DNA from: Thiobacillus sp. UBA2597
GTDB lineage: Bacteria > Pseudomonadota > Gammaproteobacteria > Burkholderiales > Thiobacillaceae
Length of the DNA: 64,000 bases
Assembly: GCA_002339725.1 (NCBI GenBank)
Contig: DDKN01000001.1
Location: 173-64,172 of the forward strand
Direction: 5' to 3'
Part shown: piece after piece, positions 35,638-44,442 of the stretch
Layout of the letters: each line of letters begins with the position of its first letter
How positions within the stretch are numbered: position 1 is the first letter of the stretch
Notes under the pieces: model-generated
What the model was told of the DNA's origin: nothing
The model's input: only the letters and a program-made list of their open reading frames with translations
The model's database searches: none
Made by a program: the position numbers and the translations under genes

Positions 35638-37539
35638 TCAGGCGCGCAGCAGCAGGGCCGCGAGCAGCGCCTGCAGCCGGCTCGGTGCCACCGGCTTGTG
35701 CAGCAGCGCCAGGCCGCTGGCGTTCATGCGCGCCACGTGGTCCGGCGCGGTATCACCACTGATCAGGGCGGCCGGCAGCGCGGCGCCGTAACGCGCGCGC
35801 AGGCACTCGATCACGCCGATGCCGTCCAGCGCACCGGGCAGCCGGAAGTCGCTCAGCACGGCATCGGGTGGGCCGGCCTGCTCGAGCGCGCCCCAGGCCG
35901 TCTCCAGGCCGGAGGCCAACACCGGCACAAGACCCCAGCTCGCCAGCAGGGCCCCCATGGAATCGAGCACATCGGGATCGTCGTCGATTACCAGAATACG
36001 CTGACCACTGAACCGCGGCGCCGGCGCCGGTCCTGGCGTCGGTTCGGACGCCGGCCGCTGGGCGAGCGGCAGCTTGAGGCTGAACACCGTGCCCCGTCCC
36101 GGCCGCGACTGCACCTGCAATTCATGGCCAAGCAGGCGTGCCAGCCGGGCGACGATGGCCAGACCGAGCCCCATGCCATGCTGGCGATCGCGCGCCGCAT
36201 TGCCGACCTGGTAATACTCCTCGAAGATGCGCGGCAACTCCTCCGGCGCCATGCCAATGCCGCTGTCCCAAACCTGAAGCAGCCAATGGTCGCGCCGGCG
36301 GCGACAGGCCACCAGCACGCCGCCGTGCTCGGTATAGCGAATGGCATTGGCGACCAGATTGTTCAGGATCCGGCTCAGCAGCAGGGGATCGCTGTGGGTG
36401 AACACCGGCTGCAGGCGCACCCGCAAGCGCAGGCCCTTCTGCCCGGCCTGGGGCGCGAATTCCTCGATCAGGCGCCGCAGATAGGGCTGCAGGTCGAAGT
36501 CGCGCACGTTCGGCTGCACCGCGCCGGCATCGAGCCTGGACAGATCGAGCAGGGCATTGAACATGGCCTCCAGTTGGCTGACCGAGGCCTGCATGCGTTG
36601 GACGATGCCACGCAGCTGATCGTCCGCGAGCTGCTGATTGAGCAGTTCGATAAACAGGCCCAGGGCGTGCATGGGCTGACGCAGGTCATGGCTGACCGAG
36701 GCGAGGAAACGGGATTTCGCCAGATTGGCCTGCTCCGCCTCCTGCTTTTTCCGCTCCAGGTCCGCCGTCGCCTCGCGCACCCGTTGCTGGAGCAGGCGCT
36801 GATGCTGTTCGAGCGAAACCGCCATGCGGTTCACCCCGGCCTGCAACTGGCCGATCTCGCCCCCGGCATCCTGCTCGGCGCGCACGGTCAGTTCACCCTG
36901 GCCCAGGCGGCTGACCACGCGCGACAGGGCCAGGATCGGCCGGCTGATGCCGCGGCTGACCAGCACGGCGAAGATCGCGGCCAGCCCGGCGCCCAGCCCC
37001 ATGATCAGGAGCCCGGCCAGTACCAGGTCCTGGCGCAAGGCCGCCAGGTGATCGGTGGCCATGCCGAGCAGCACCGTGCCGATCTGCCGCTCCGGACGCG
37101 GCACCGTTTCGCCCTGCCCCAGGTCGAGCAGGGGGTCGGGCAGGTTCAGGCTTTGCAACAGCACCGGCTGACGGATCAGCCATTCGGATTCCCACGGCAA
37201 CCGCGCCGTGCTGCCCGCTTCGGCGAACAGCCCGGGATCGACCGGCCCGGCCGAGGCCAGGGGCTGATCCAGTTCGTCCCGCACCAACACGAAACGCACG
37301 CCCGGCTCCTGCGCCGCCGCCTGGACCAGGGCATCGAGCATGGCGCGGTTGCCGGTGACGATGGCGTATTCCGAGGAGGCGGCCAGATGGCGCGCCAGGT
37401 TGTCGCCCAACATGCGCCAGGCCCGCTCGCTGTCGCGGATGCGGTCGTAGGTGAAGTAGGCCGCCAGCGCGATCGCGAGCAACAGGCTCGGCAACAACAC
37501 CGCGAGCAGAATGCTGCGCTGGATCCCCAGGTGCTTCAT
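35638..37539 (-). CDS. Hybrid sensor histidine kinase (TM - sensor - HAMP - HisKA - HATPase - REC)
   Basis: H-box SVSHDLRQPMHAL, GMGLGLAIVARL, and a C-terminal receiver ILVIDDD...VLSDFRLPG...LHKPV. Confidence 0.88.
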   Translation of the reverse strand: MKHLGIQRSILLAVLLPSLLLAIALAAYFTYDRIRDSERAWRMLGDNLARHLAASSEYAIVTGNRAMLDALVQAAAQEPGVRFVLVRDELDQPLASAGPVDPGLFAEAGSTARLPWESEWLIRQPVLLQSLNLPDPLLDLGQGETVPRPERQIGTVLLGMATDHLAALRQDLVLAGLLIMGLGAGLAAIFAVLVSRGISRPILALSRVVSRLGQGELTVRAEQDAGGEIGQLQAGVNRMAVSLEQHQRLLQQRVREATADLERKKQEAEQANLAKSRFLASVSHDLRQPMHALGLFIELLNQQLADDQLRGIVQRMQASVSQLEAMFNALLDLSRLDAGAVQPNVRDFDLQPYLRRLIEEFAPQAGQKGLRLRVRLQPVFTHSDPLLLSRILNNLVANAIRYTEHGGVLVACRRRRDHWLLQVWDSGIGMAPEELPRIFEEYYQVGNAARDRQHGMGLGLAIVARLARLLGHELQVQSRPGRGTVFSLKLPLAQRPASEPTPGPAPAPRFSGQRILVIDDDPDVLDSMGALLASWGLVPVLASGLETAWGALEQAGPPDAVLSDFRLPGALDGIGVIECLRARYGAALPAALISGDTAPDHVARMNASGLALLHKPVAPSRLQALLAALLLRA

Positions 37540-38573
37540 GACTTGTCCCCCCTGGCCTCGAGCTGCCTTTGCAGCCAGTCGTCGGGCGCGATCTCCAGCT
37601 CGAGCGAACGGGCGACCTGGCGATTGACGCTGACCTTGAAATAGCGTGGATAAATCAGGCGGGCCGGCCGGGCGCTGCGCCCGTGCGCCAGCTCGACGAT
37701 GAGTTCGCTAAGTTGCCGGCCGATCTGCTCCGGGGTGGAATAGACCGCGGCGAGCGCCCCGGCCTCGGCCAGGCTGGGGGAAAAACCGACGATGGGCACC
37801 CGGGCGCGATAGGCGCTGATCAGGTAGCTCATCAGGGTGGCGGGATTGAGCACCAAAGGATCGGGCACCGCCAGCAGCACCTCGTTGCCCCGCAGCAGCT
37901 CGCGCTGGCGGACGAACACCTCGCTCGCCTGGCTCACCGTGGCCGCGTTCAAGCGCAGGCCGACCTGTTGGGCCGCCCGGCTCAGATCCCCTTTCTGACC
38001 CTGGCTGCCCGGGCCCAGCAGCACGCCGACCCGCTCGGCCTTGGGCAGGGCCAGGCGCACCAGGGCGAGCTGGCGTTCCCAGGGTTGGTCCAGCACCAGG
38101 GCCGAGACCGGCCGGCGTGCCGCCTGGCCGTGGTTGAACAGGGCCTCGTAGCCCTGTCGGGGCAGCAGCGCCGCCAGCACCGGCCCCGGCAGGTCGAGCT
38201 GGGCCACGGCCTGAGCCGCCTTCAGACCGACCGGGACGATGAGATCGCCGCCCTTGACCGCCGGCACCCAGGATTCCCCGGACTCCAGGACCCGGGTGGT
38301 GAGCTCGACCCTGTCGCTCAGCCCGGCCTCGAGCGCGCGCGCCAGCTCGGCATAGGCCCCGCCCGGCTCGGACAGCACCAGCCAGACGCGCAGGCGCCCC
38401 TCTTCCGCCCCGGCCGGGCCGAATCCGCCCAGCAGCAGGAGGCTGACCGCCAGCCAGGCCAAACGGCGCCCAAGCCCGGGCGGCAGCCAGCCGCCGCGCG
38501 CCCGGCGCGGGCCGTTCAATCGACTTGCCCCATCCACGCTCGAATCAGCAACCCATGGTGTGCGCCATTGCAA
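37536..38573 (-). CDS. Periplasmic ABC-transporter-substrate-binding-like protein (ABC_sub_bind type) coupled to the kinase
   Basis: Signal-like LAWLAVSLLLLGGFGPAGA, then SBP-like sequence. ATGA overlap with the kinase gene. Start uncertain: TTG at 38573, with in-frame TTG and GTG alternatives downstream. Confidence 0.6.
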   Translation of the reverse strand: MQWRTPWVADSSVDGASRLNGPRRARGGWLPPGLGRRLAWLAVSLLLLGGFGPAGAEEGRLRVWLVLSEPGGAYAELARALEAGLSDRVELTTRVLESGESWVPAVKGGDLIVPVGLKAAQAVAQLDLPGPVLAALLPRQGYEALFNHGQAARRPVSALVLDQPWERQLALVRLALPKAERVGVLLGPGSQGQKGDLSRAAQQVGLRLNAATVSQASEVFVRQRELLRGNEVLLAVPDPLVLNPATLMSYLISAYRARVPIVGFSPSLAEAGALAAVYSTPEQIGRQLSELIVELAHGRSARPARLIYPRYFKVSVNRQVARSLELEIAPDDWLQRQLEARGDKS

Positions 38574-38712
38574 TCGCAGACGCGACAGGCCACGCGGCCC
38601 CGCCCCTGCCCCCTCCCGTCGTTGTGATGTAAGTTTTCATGCGGCCTTCGAGATGTGGCCGAAGGCGCATTTTCAACCGGCCCGCGCGCGCAGGCAATGC
38701 ACTTGTGCGGCC

Positions 38713-39375
38713 TCAGGCGAGCGAGGCCAGACGGTGGGCCTGGCGCGTGGTCTCGGGCAAACGATAGCGCGGCGTGCAGGCCAGGGTGATTGCGATCGCC
38801 TGCGCCAGGCTGAGCTTGTGGCCGACCGAGACATAGACCGGCTTGACGCCGACCCGGCTGCGCAGCACGGCGCCGATCACCTCCGCGCCGTCCATGAGCG
38901 GGGTCCAGGCCCCCTTCTCGTTGGCCGGCTCCACCGCCTGGCCACAAAGCCGGGTCTTGCCCACCCCGATGGTGGGATGGTCGAGCAGCACGCCCAGGTG
39001 ACAGGCGATGCCGAAGCGGCGCGGATGCGCCAGACCCTGGCCATCGCACAGGATGACATCGGGCACGCATTTCAATTGCGCCAGGGCCTGCAGCACCGCC
39101 GGCAGTTCGCGGAAGGAGAGCAGGCCCGGCACATAGGGAAAGCTGGTCGGCCGCCGCGCCACGGCCTGCTCCACCAGCCTGAGATCGGGAAAGTCGAGCA
39201 CCGCGACCGCCGCCCGGGTGGTTTTGCCCGCGTCCTCGAAGCCGACGTCGATCCCGGCGACATGGCGCAGCTGGATCGGATGTTCGCGCCGATCGACCGC
39301 CTGCCGCAGGCGCTGCTGCAGTGCGATCGCCTCGGCGGGCGTCAGATTCCAGGGATGTTCGAGAACGGCTCGCAT
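38713..39375 (-). CDS. nfi: Endonuclease V (deoxyinosine 3' endonuclease)
   Basis: [10 protein letters not shown]...[15 protein letters not shown]...[22 protein letters not shown]...PTIGVGK matches Nfi hallmarks. Confidence 0.92.
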   Translation of the reverse strand: MRAVLEHPWNLTPAEAIALQQRLRQAVDRREHPIQLRHVAGIDVGFEDAGKTTRAAVAVLDFPDLRLVEQAVARRPTSFPYVPGLLSFRELPAVLQALAQLKCVPDVILCDGQGLAHPRRFGIACHLGVLLDHPTIGVGKTRLCGQAVEPANEKGAWTPLMDGAEVIGAVLRSRVGVKPVYVSVGHKLSLAQAIAITLACTPRYRLPETTRQAHRLASLA

Positions 39376-39458
39376 CTGGCCATGGTGCGGCAAAACCTGC
39401 CCGGAAACCAGCCCCTTGGCTCTATAATCCAACCATCATTTTTTCGCAGGAGATCGTC

Positions 39459-40343
39459 ATGCGCCGCTGGAATCTGCTGTTGGCCGTTCTTTTGCCGCTG
39501 TTCGTCACTGGCAACGCCATGGCGGCGGGTAACTGGTTCGAAGACAAGCTGAGCTGCATCGTCACCGGCGCCGTGGCCGGCGCGGCGATCGGCGCGGCAG
39601 CCGACGGCATCACGGTCGGCGGCGGCACGGTGGGCGGTGCCATCATCGGCGCCCTGCTCTGCCAGCCCAAAGACAGCGACGGCGACGGCGTGCCCGACCA
39701 CCGCGACAAATGCCCGGATACCCCGAAAGGCGTCCAGGTCGATGAGCACGGTTGCCCGCTTGATTCCGACGGCGACGGCGTGCCCGACTACAAGGACAAA
39801 TGCCCCAACACGCCCAAGGGCGCCAAGGTCGATGCCGACGGCTGCGAGACCAAGCCGGCCGCCCCGCCGGCCGAGGTGAAGCCGACGCCCGCCCCCCAGG
39901 CCGAGGCCGACAGCGACGGCGACGGCGTGCCCGACAGCAAGGACAAGTGCCCCGGCACCCCGAAGGGCGTCAAGGTGGACCACGAAGGCTGCCCGCTGGT
40001 CGAGAAGATCACGCTCAAGGGTGTCTGGTTCGCCTTCGATTCGGCCCGCATCACCGAGGAATCGGCCAAGGTGCTGGACGAGGTGGCGAAGGTGTTCAAG
40101 CGCTATCCCAACCTGGTCGCCGAGATGGCCGGCCACACCTGCAACATCGGCACCGAAAAGTACAACCAGGGCCTGTCGGAGCGGCGGGCCAATGCCGTGC
40201 GTGACTATCTGATCAAGCAGGGGGTCGATCCCAAGCAGCTGACCGCCAAGGGATATGGCGAGCTGCAGCCGGTCACCAGCAATGCCACCCGTGAAGGCCG
40301 GGCGCAGAACCGCCGCACGGAGATGCGCATCCTCAAGCAGTAA
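39459..40343 (+). CDS. OmpA-family protein with thrombospondin type-3 (calcium-binding) repeats
   Basis: Signal peptide, three DSDGDGVPDxxDKCPxTPKGxxVDxxGC repeats, and an OmpA_C domain (GHTCNIGTEKYNQGLSERRANAV...NRRTEM). Confidence 0.88.
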   Translation: MRRWNLLLAVLLPLFVTGNAMAAGNWFEDKLSCIVTGAVAGAAIGAAADGITVGGGTVGGAIIGALLCQPKDSDGDGVPDHRDKCPDTPKGVQVDEHGCPLDSDGDGVPDYKDKCPNTPKGAKVDADGCETKPAAPPAEVKPTPAPQAEADSDGDGVPDSKDKCPGTPKGVKVDHEGCPLVEKITLKGVWFAFDSARITEESAKVLDEVAKVFKRYPNLVAEMAGHTCNIGTEKYNQGLSERRANAVRDYLIKQGVDPKQLTAKGYGELQPVTSNATREGRAQNRRTEMRILKQ

Positions 40344-40350
40344 GCGCCCG

Positions 40351-40377
40351 GGCGGGCCTCACGGCCCGCCTCTTTTT
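40351..40377 (+). terminator. Rho-independent terminator after the ompA-family gene
   Basis: GGCGGGCC-TCAC-GGCCCGCC followed by TCTTTTTG. Confidence 0.75.
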
Positions 40378-40392
40378 GCCGCCCGCAGCCCG

Positions 40393-40959
40393 ATGGGGCG
40401 CGCCATCTCCCATGTCGTCGGCTTCGACGACGCCCCGTTCCGGCGCAGCCAACGCGGCGACGTCCTGGTGGTGGGTGCCGTCTTCGCCGGCGACCGGCTC
40501 GACGGCGTGCTCTCCACCCGGGTGCGGCGCGACGGGGTCAACAGCACCGCGCGCCTGATCGCGTGCCTGACCGGCTCGAAATATTTCGCCCAACTGCAGG
40601 CCATCCTGCTGCAGGGCATCGCCTTCGCCGGCTTCAACGTGATCGATCTCAAGGCCCTGCACCAGGCCACCCGGCTGCCGGTGCTGGTGGTCGCCCGCCA
40701 CCGGCCCGACCTGGCCGCCATCCGCCGCGCCTTGCTGGAGAAGGTGCCGGGCGGCGCGCGCAAGTGGCGCCTGATCGAGGCCGCCGGCCCCATGACGCCC
40801 ATGGCGGGCGTGTACTGCCAGTCTGTCGGCATCGCGGCGGACGCCGCGGAAACGCTGATCGCCCGCCTGCAGCGCCATGGCCGCCTGCCGGAACCGCTGC
40901 GAGTGGCGCACATGATCGCCGGCGGCGTCACCACCGGCGAGAGCCGGCATCGGGCCTGA
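40393..40959 (+). CDS. DUF99 (UPF0215) family protein, endonuclease V-like fold
   Basis: MGRAISHVVGFDDAPF...GVLSTRVRRDGVNST...ILLQGIAFAGFNVIDL...LPVLVV is characteristic of DUF99. Confidence 0.75.
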   Translation: MGRAISHVVGFDDAPFRRSQRGDVLVVGAVFAGDRLDGVLSTRVRRDGVNSTARLIACLTGSKYFAQLQAILLQGIAFAGFNVIDLKALHQATRLPVLVVARHRPDLAAIRRALLEKVPGGARKWRLIEAAGPMTPMAGVYCQSVGIAADAAETLIARLQRHGRLPEPLRVAHMIAGGVTTGESRHRA

Positions 40960-40981
40960 CCGGCGGCTGCAGCGGGAAACC

Positions 40982-41716
40982 TCAATACCAGATCTCCATG
41001 CGCAGGCCCTTGCCGTCCTGCTCGACCGCCCCCTCGGGCAGACGCCGCGCCTGCCCCAGATCGATCTGCCGCGCCACCCAGGCCAGGACACAGGCATCGA
41101 TGATGTCATCCAGCGCCAGCCGCTGCGCGCCATAGTCTCGGCGCACAGCCTCCAGCTCGGGCAGCCACCGGCCCAGTGCACGCTCGAGCAGGGCCAGGCG
41201 CTCGGCCCGGCCCTCGGCGCGTTTCTTGTTGTGGCGCATGGGGCTGCCGGCCAGGTGCAGGAAGGCGAGTTCCGGGTGGGCCTCGACGATATACCCCTGC
41301 CGGGCCGGGCTCAGGCAGGCATCCAGCTCACGCAGCTTGGGCAAAAGATTGAAGGCCTGCCGGCTCAGGCCCAGGCCGGCGTCACTGCCGGCCCGGCTCA
41401 AGCGCAAGGCCTCGGGGTAAGTGCGGGCACCGAGCACGGGCCGGGCCGGCGGCGAGAACACGCTGGCGCGCCGCTGCCCCAGACACCGGCGCGCGGCCCG
41501 GTCGCAGCTGCGCCCACCCGGTTGCGCCGCCGCCAACAGCCCGATCGGCATGTCCACCGCGATGCGCGCCGGTCGCTCGGCCAGGGCCGGCACGGCATCG
41601 AAACCGGTGCACAGGCGATGCCGCAGCGCGACCAGCTGCGCGCCGCGATAGCCGAGCAGGATGACGAACCAGCCCGCCCGGCAGCCGTCGACCCCGGCAT
41701 ACCAGCGCTCAGCCAT
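40982..41716 (-). CDS. DUF429 domain-containing protein (predicted RNase H-like fold)
   Basis: YAGVDGCRAGWFVILL...IAVDMPIGL is the typical DUF429 N-terminus. 8-nt overlap with the rtcA stop. Confidence 0.7.
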   Translation of the reverse strand: MAERWYAGVDGCRAGWFVILLGYRGAQLVALRHRLCTGFDAVPALAERPARIAVDMPIGLLAAAQPGGRSCDRAARRCLGQRRASVFSPPARPVLGARTYPEALRLSRAGSDAGLGLSRQAFNLLPKLRELDACLSPARQGYIVEAHPELAFLHLAGSPMRHNKKRAEGRAERLALLERALGRWLPELEAVRRDYGAQRLALDDIIDACVLAWVARQIDLGQARRLPEGAVEQDGKGLRMEIWY

Positions 41717-42746
41717 GCACGAGTTCGATCCGGTAATGCGTGCCCTGCGCGGTCAGCTTGAAGCGCACCGGCAGGAATTGCTCGATCAGCCACATCACGG
41801 TGCGGGCATGCAGGCTGGGCTCACGCACGGTGAAGCGTGAGCTGCCCGGCGCCTGGGCCAGATAGATCAGCAGCTGATCGGCGGCATGCCCATCGAACGC
41901 CGCGCCGCTTTGCAATTCCGCGCGCAGGGCGAGGCCGGCCGCCTCGCCCAGGCGCTCGGCCGGCACGCCGCGCTCGGCCACGCACGCCGCGCCGAGCAGG
42001 CTGTGCTCGGTCTCGGCCGCCAGCACTAGGGCGCCGCCGGTGCCGAAGGCCTCGTCCTGCCCCAACACTTTGGCCTCGAGCGCCACCGGGCCCAGGTCGG
42101 TGAGCAGCGCCCCGGCCGCGTTTGCCATGCGCTCGGCGATCGACAGGGGCAGATGCGCGACATGGGCCACGCCGCGAATGGCCCGCACCGGCCCCGCCGT
42201 CTCCAGCACCAGGGGCTGGAGCTGTTTGCGCGGCGCGAGCTTGAGGCAGAGCTCACCGCCGCCGCGCGGGTAATAGCCGCGGCGCAGCGATTCGATCTGA
42301 ACCGACACCCCCAGACGCGCGAGCCAGGGCAGGAAGATCAGGCGCAGATAATCCAGGGGTGGCGCCATTTTCACGTCGGTGCCACCGGCGATGCAGAGCC
42401 GGCAGGGGCCATCCGCATGCAGGGCCACCGGCAGCAGGGCCTGCAGCACCAGGCTGACGCTGCCGGCGGTGCCCACCTCGAAGCGATAGTCGCCGCCACG
42501 GATGCGGCCGGGTGCAAAGCGGATTGCGCGCGCACCCAGTTCGGCCCCGCTCAGCTCGCCCTGGCTCACGGCGGCCACGGCACGGAGCGCGGCCAGGTGC
42601 TGCGGCATCAGGCCGGGCTTGGCGCGGCCGGCCCGGATGTTGGTCAGATGCAGCGGCCGGCCGGTGATCGCGGCCAGGGCCATAGCCAGGCGCGCTAGCT
42701 GGCCGCCGCCCTCGCCGTGACTGCCGTCGATCTCGATCGGGCTCAT
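41709..42746 (-). CDS. rtcA: RNA 3'-terminal phosphate cyclase
   Basis: IEIDGSHGEGGGQLARLAMALAAITGRPLHLTNIRAGRAKPGLMPQHL...VGTAGSVSLVLQALLP are RtcA hallmarks. Confidence 0.92.
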   Translation of the reverse strand: MSPIEIDGSHGEGGGQLARLAMALAAITGRPLHLTNIRAGRAKPGLMPQHLAALRAVAAVSQGELSGAELGARAIRFAPGRIRGGDYRFEVGTAGSVSLVLQALLPVALHADGPCRLCIAGGTDVKMAPPLDYLRLIFLPWLARLGVSVQIESLRRGYYPRGGGELCLKLAPRKQLQPLVLETAGPVRAIRGVAHVAHLPLSIAERMANAAGALLTDLGPVALEAKVLGQDEAFGTGGALVLAAETEHSLLGAACVAERGVPAERLGEAAGLALRAELQSGAAFDGHAADQLLIYLAQAPGSSRFTVREPSLHARTVMWLIEQFLPVRFKLTAQGTHYRIELVHG

Positions 42747-43456
42747 GCCAGCAGCGCCTTCAGTTCCAGGGCGTCGCGCACCGCATAGGCCGCCTCGTCG
42801 TTGTCGAAATAGACATAGGCCGTCTTCAACGGCTGCCGCGCGAGCCAGGCCGCCCAGCCGGCGAGCGCCTGGCGGCCGTAGCGCCCGCAGTAGGCCGCGC
42901 CCGGCCCGTGCAGGCGGATATAGCTGAAGTCGGCGCTGATCTGACGCGGGCTCTCGAAACCGGCCAGGTCATAGATGCAGAAGGCGGCGTTGTGTTCGGC
43001 CAGCAGATCGAACACCTCCCGGCAATGCCAGCTCGGATCGCGTAACTCGAAAGCGACGCGCAGGCCACGCGGCAGGGTTTGGAGCAGGTGGCGTAGGCGT
43101 TCCAGATTCACCCGCCAGTTGGGCGGCAACTGAAACAGGAGCGGCCCCAGCTTGTCGCCCAGGCCGGAGGCGGCCTCGAGCAGCGGCGGCAGGCTCAGCT
43201 CCGGCGCCTTGAGTTTCTTCAGGTGGGTGATATAGCGGCTGGCCTTGACGCTGAACACGAAGTCTTGCGGCGTGGCCGCACGCCAGGCGGCGAAGGTCTC
43301 GCGCGTGGGCAGGCGATAGAAGCTGCGGTTGATCTCGACGCTCGCCAAATGCCGGGCATAGAACGCCAGCCAGTCGGATTCCGGCAGTGACTCGGGGTAG
43401 AAGCGGCCGCGCCAATGGGGATAGACCCAGCCCGAGGTGCCGATCAGGATCTGCAT
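42743..43456 (-). CDS. DUF72 (UPF0759, YecE-like) TIM-barrel protein
   Basis: MQILIGTSGWVYPHWRGRFYP...VEINRSFYRLP...FVFSVKASRYITH is typical of DUF72. ATGA overlaps at both ends. Confidence 0.8.
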   Translation of the reverse strand: MQILIGTSGWVYPHWRGRFYPESLPESDWLAFYARHLASVEINRSFYRLPTRETFAAWRAATPQDFVFSVKASRYITHLKKLKAPELSLPPLLEAASGLGDKLGPLLFQLPPNWRVNLERLRHLLQTLPRGLRVAFELRDPSWHCREVFDLLAEHNAAFCIYDLAGFESPRQISADFSYIRLHGPGAAYCGRYGRQALAGWAAWLARQPLKTAYVYFDNDEAAYAVRDALELKALLA

Positions 43457-44442
43457 CAGGCCCCCTGGAAGGCGCGTTCCAGCTCGGCCCGCAATTCCAC
43501 CTCGCGCCCGCGGTAGATCGGCGAGAAGTGAAAGGGCTCCACCGCCTTCACGCCGGCCGCGCGCGCCAGGCGCCCGGCCTGGCCGGCAGTGAGGTGCCGC
43601 TTGTCGGCGGCGCGCGCCGCCGCCGTGTCGAGGAAGACGCTCTCGATGAACAGGGTGTCGGCGCCGCGCGCGAGTTCGACGATGGCCGCGGCATTGGCTT
43701 CGCTGAACACCACATCGGTGACATAGGCGAGCTTCATGCCGGGCGTCACCTCGACGCAGTCGAGCAGCGTGTTCACGGGGAGCGGCTGCCCGCTCGGCCC
43801 GGGAATGGTTGCCGCCGCATCCTGCCCGGCCAGCACCGCCCGCTTGAGTCCCTGCAGCCAGGGACCGACCGCCAGGCCGCGTTCGGCGAGCCGGGTCTTC
43901 CAGATGTTCACGTGCTGCGTCTCCTCCAAAGCGAAGCCCAGGCAGGGCGTGCCGTGGTCGAGCAGCGCACAGCGCACGCGAAAGCCCGGCTCGGCCAGCA
44001 GCACCCCATCCTCGATTCGACCCTCGCCCAGCGCCTCGCGCCGGAACCCCTGGCGCACGTGAAAACGCGCCCGCTGCACCCGTCCCGGCGCCAGCAGCTC
44101 GGTCACCTCCAGGCCGAAATCGTTGCCATAACGGTGCAAAAGGTTCCAGGTATAGGCGGCGAGCTTGGCCTCGACCTTGGCGATGAAGCCGGGCGGGCCA
44201 TACAGCCGCACCGCGCGCTCGCGCCCGAGGCAGATGCGCAGCAGCCAGTCGAAGCCCATGAAGTGATCCATGTGGCAGTGCGAGACGAAGATGTCCGACA
44301 CGCGCAGGATCTTGCGCGGCGCCAGGGCGCGGATATCGCCCAGATCGAACAGCAGGGCCCGGCCCTCGAACAGGAAATCGACGAACAGGCCGGGATCGCC
44401 GAAGGGTTCGTTGACGAGACAGGGATGCAGCGCGCGCCGCAT
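43456..44442 (-). CDS. MBL-fold metallo-hydrolase (RNase Z/beta-CASP-like candidate nuclease)
   Basis: The HxHxDH motif reads VSHCHMDHFMG. 328 aa. Its start shares one base with the Nudix stop (TAATG). Confidence 0.75.
   Translation of the reverse strand: MRRALHPCLVNEPFGDPGLFVDFLFEGRALLFDLGDIRALAPRKILRVSDIFVSHCHMDHFMGFDWLLRICLGRERAVRLYGPPGFIAKVEAKLAAYTWNLLHRYGNDFGLEVTELLAPGRVQRARFHVRQGFRREALGEGRIEDGVLLAEPGFRVRCALLDHGTPCLGFALEETQHVNIWKTRLAERGLAVGPWLQGLKRAVLAGQDAAATIPGPSGQPLPVNTLLDCVEVTPGMKLAYVTDVVFSEANAAAIVELARGADTLFIESVFLDTAAARAADKRHLTAGQAGRLARAAGVKAVEPFHFSPIYRGREVELRAELERAFQGA

Noticed and set aside
39660-39990. Periodic DNA repeats, initially considered as a tandem-repeat or CRISPR-like array
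   Set aside because: They encode three thrombospondin type-3 calcium-binding repeats (DSDGDGVPD.KDKCP.TPKG) inside the OmpA-family ORF. There is no spacer-repeat architecture.
41709-42746. Canonical RtcBA/RtcR RNA-repair system
   Set aside because: RtcA is present. I found no RtcB ligase, no RtcR (sigma-54 activator with a CARF domain) and no sigma-54 promoter in the window. The locus is not the described system.
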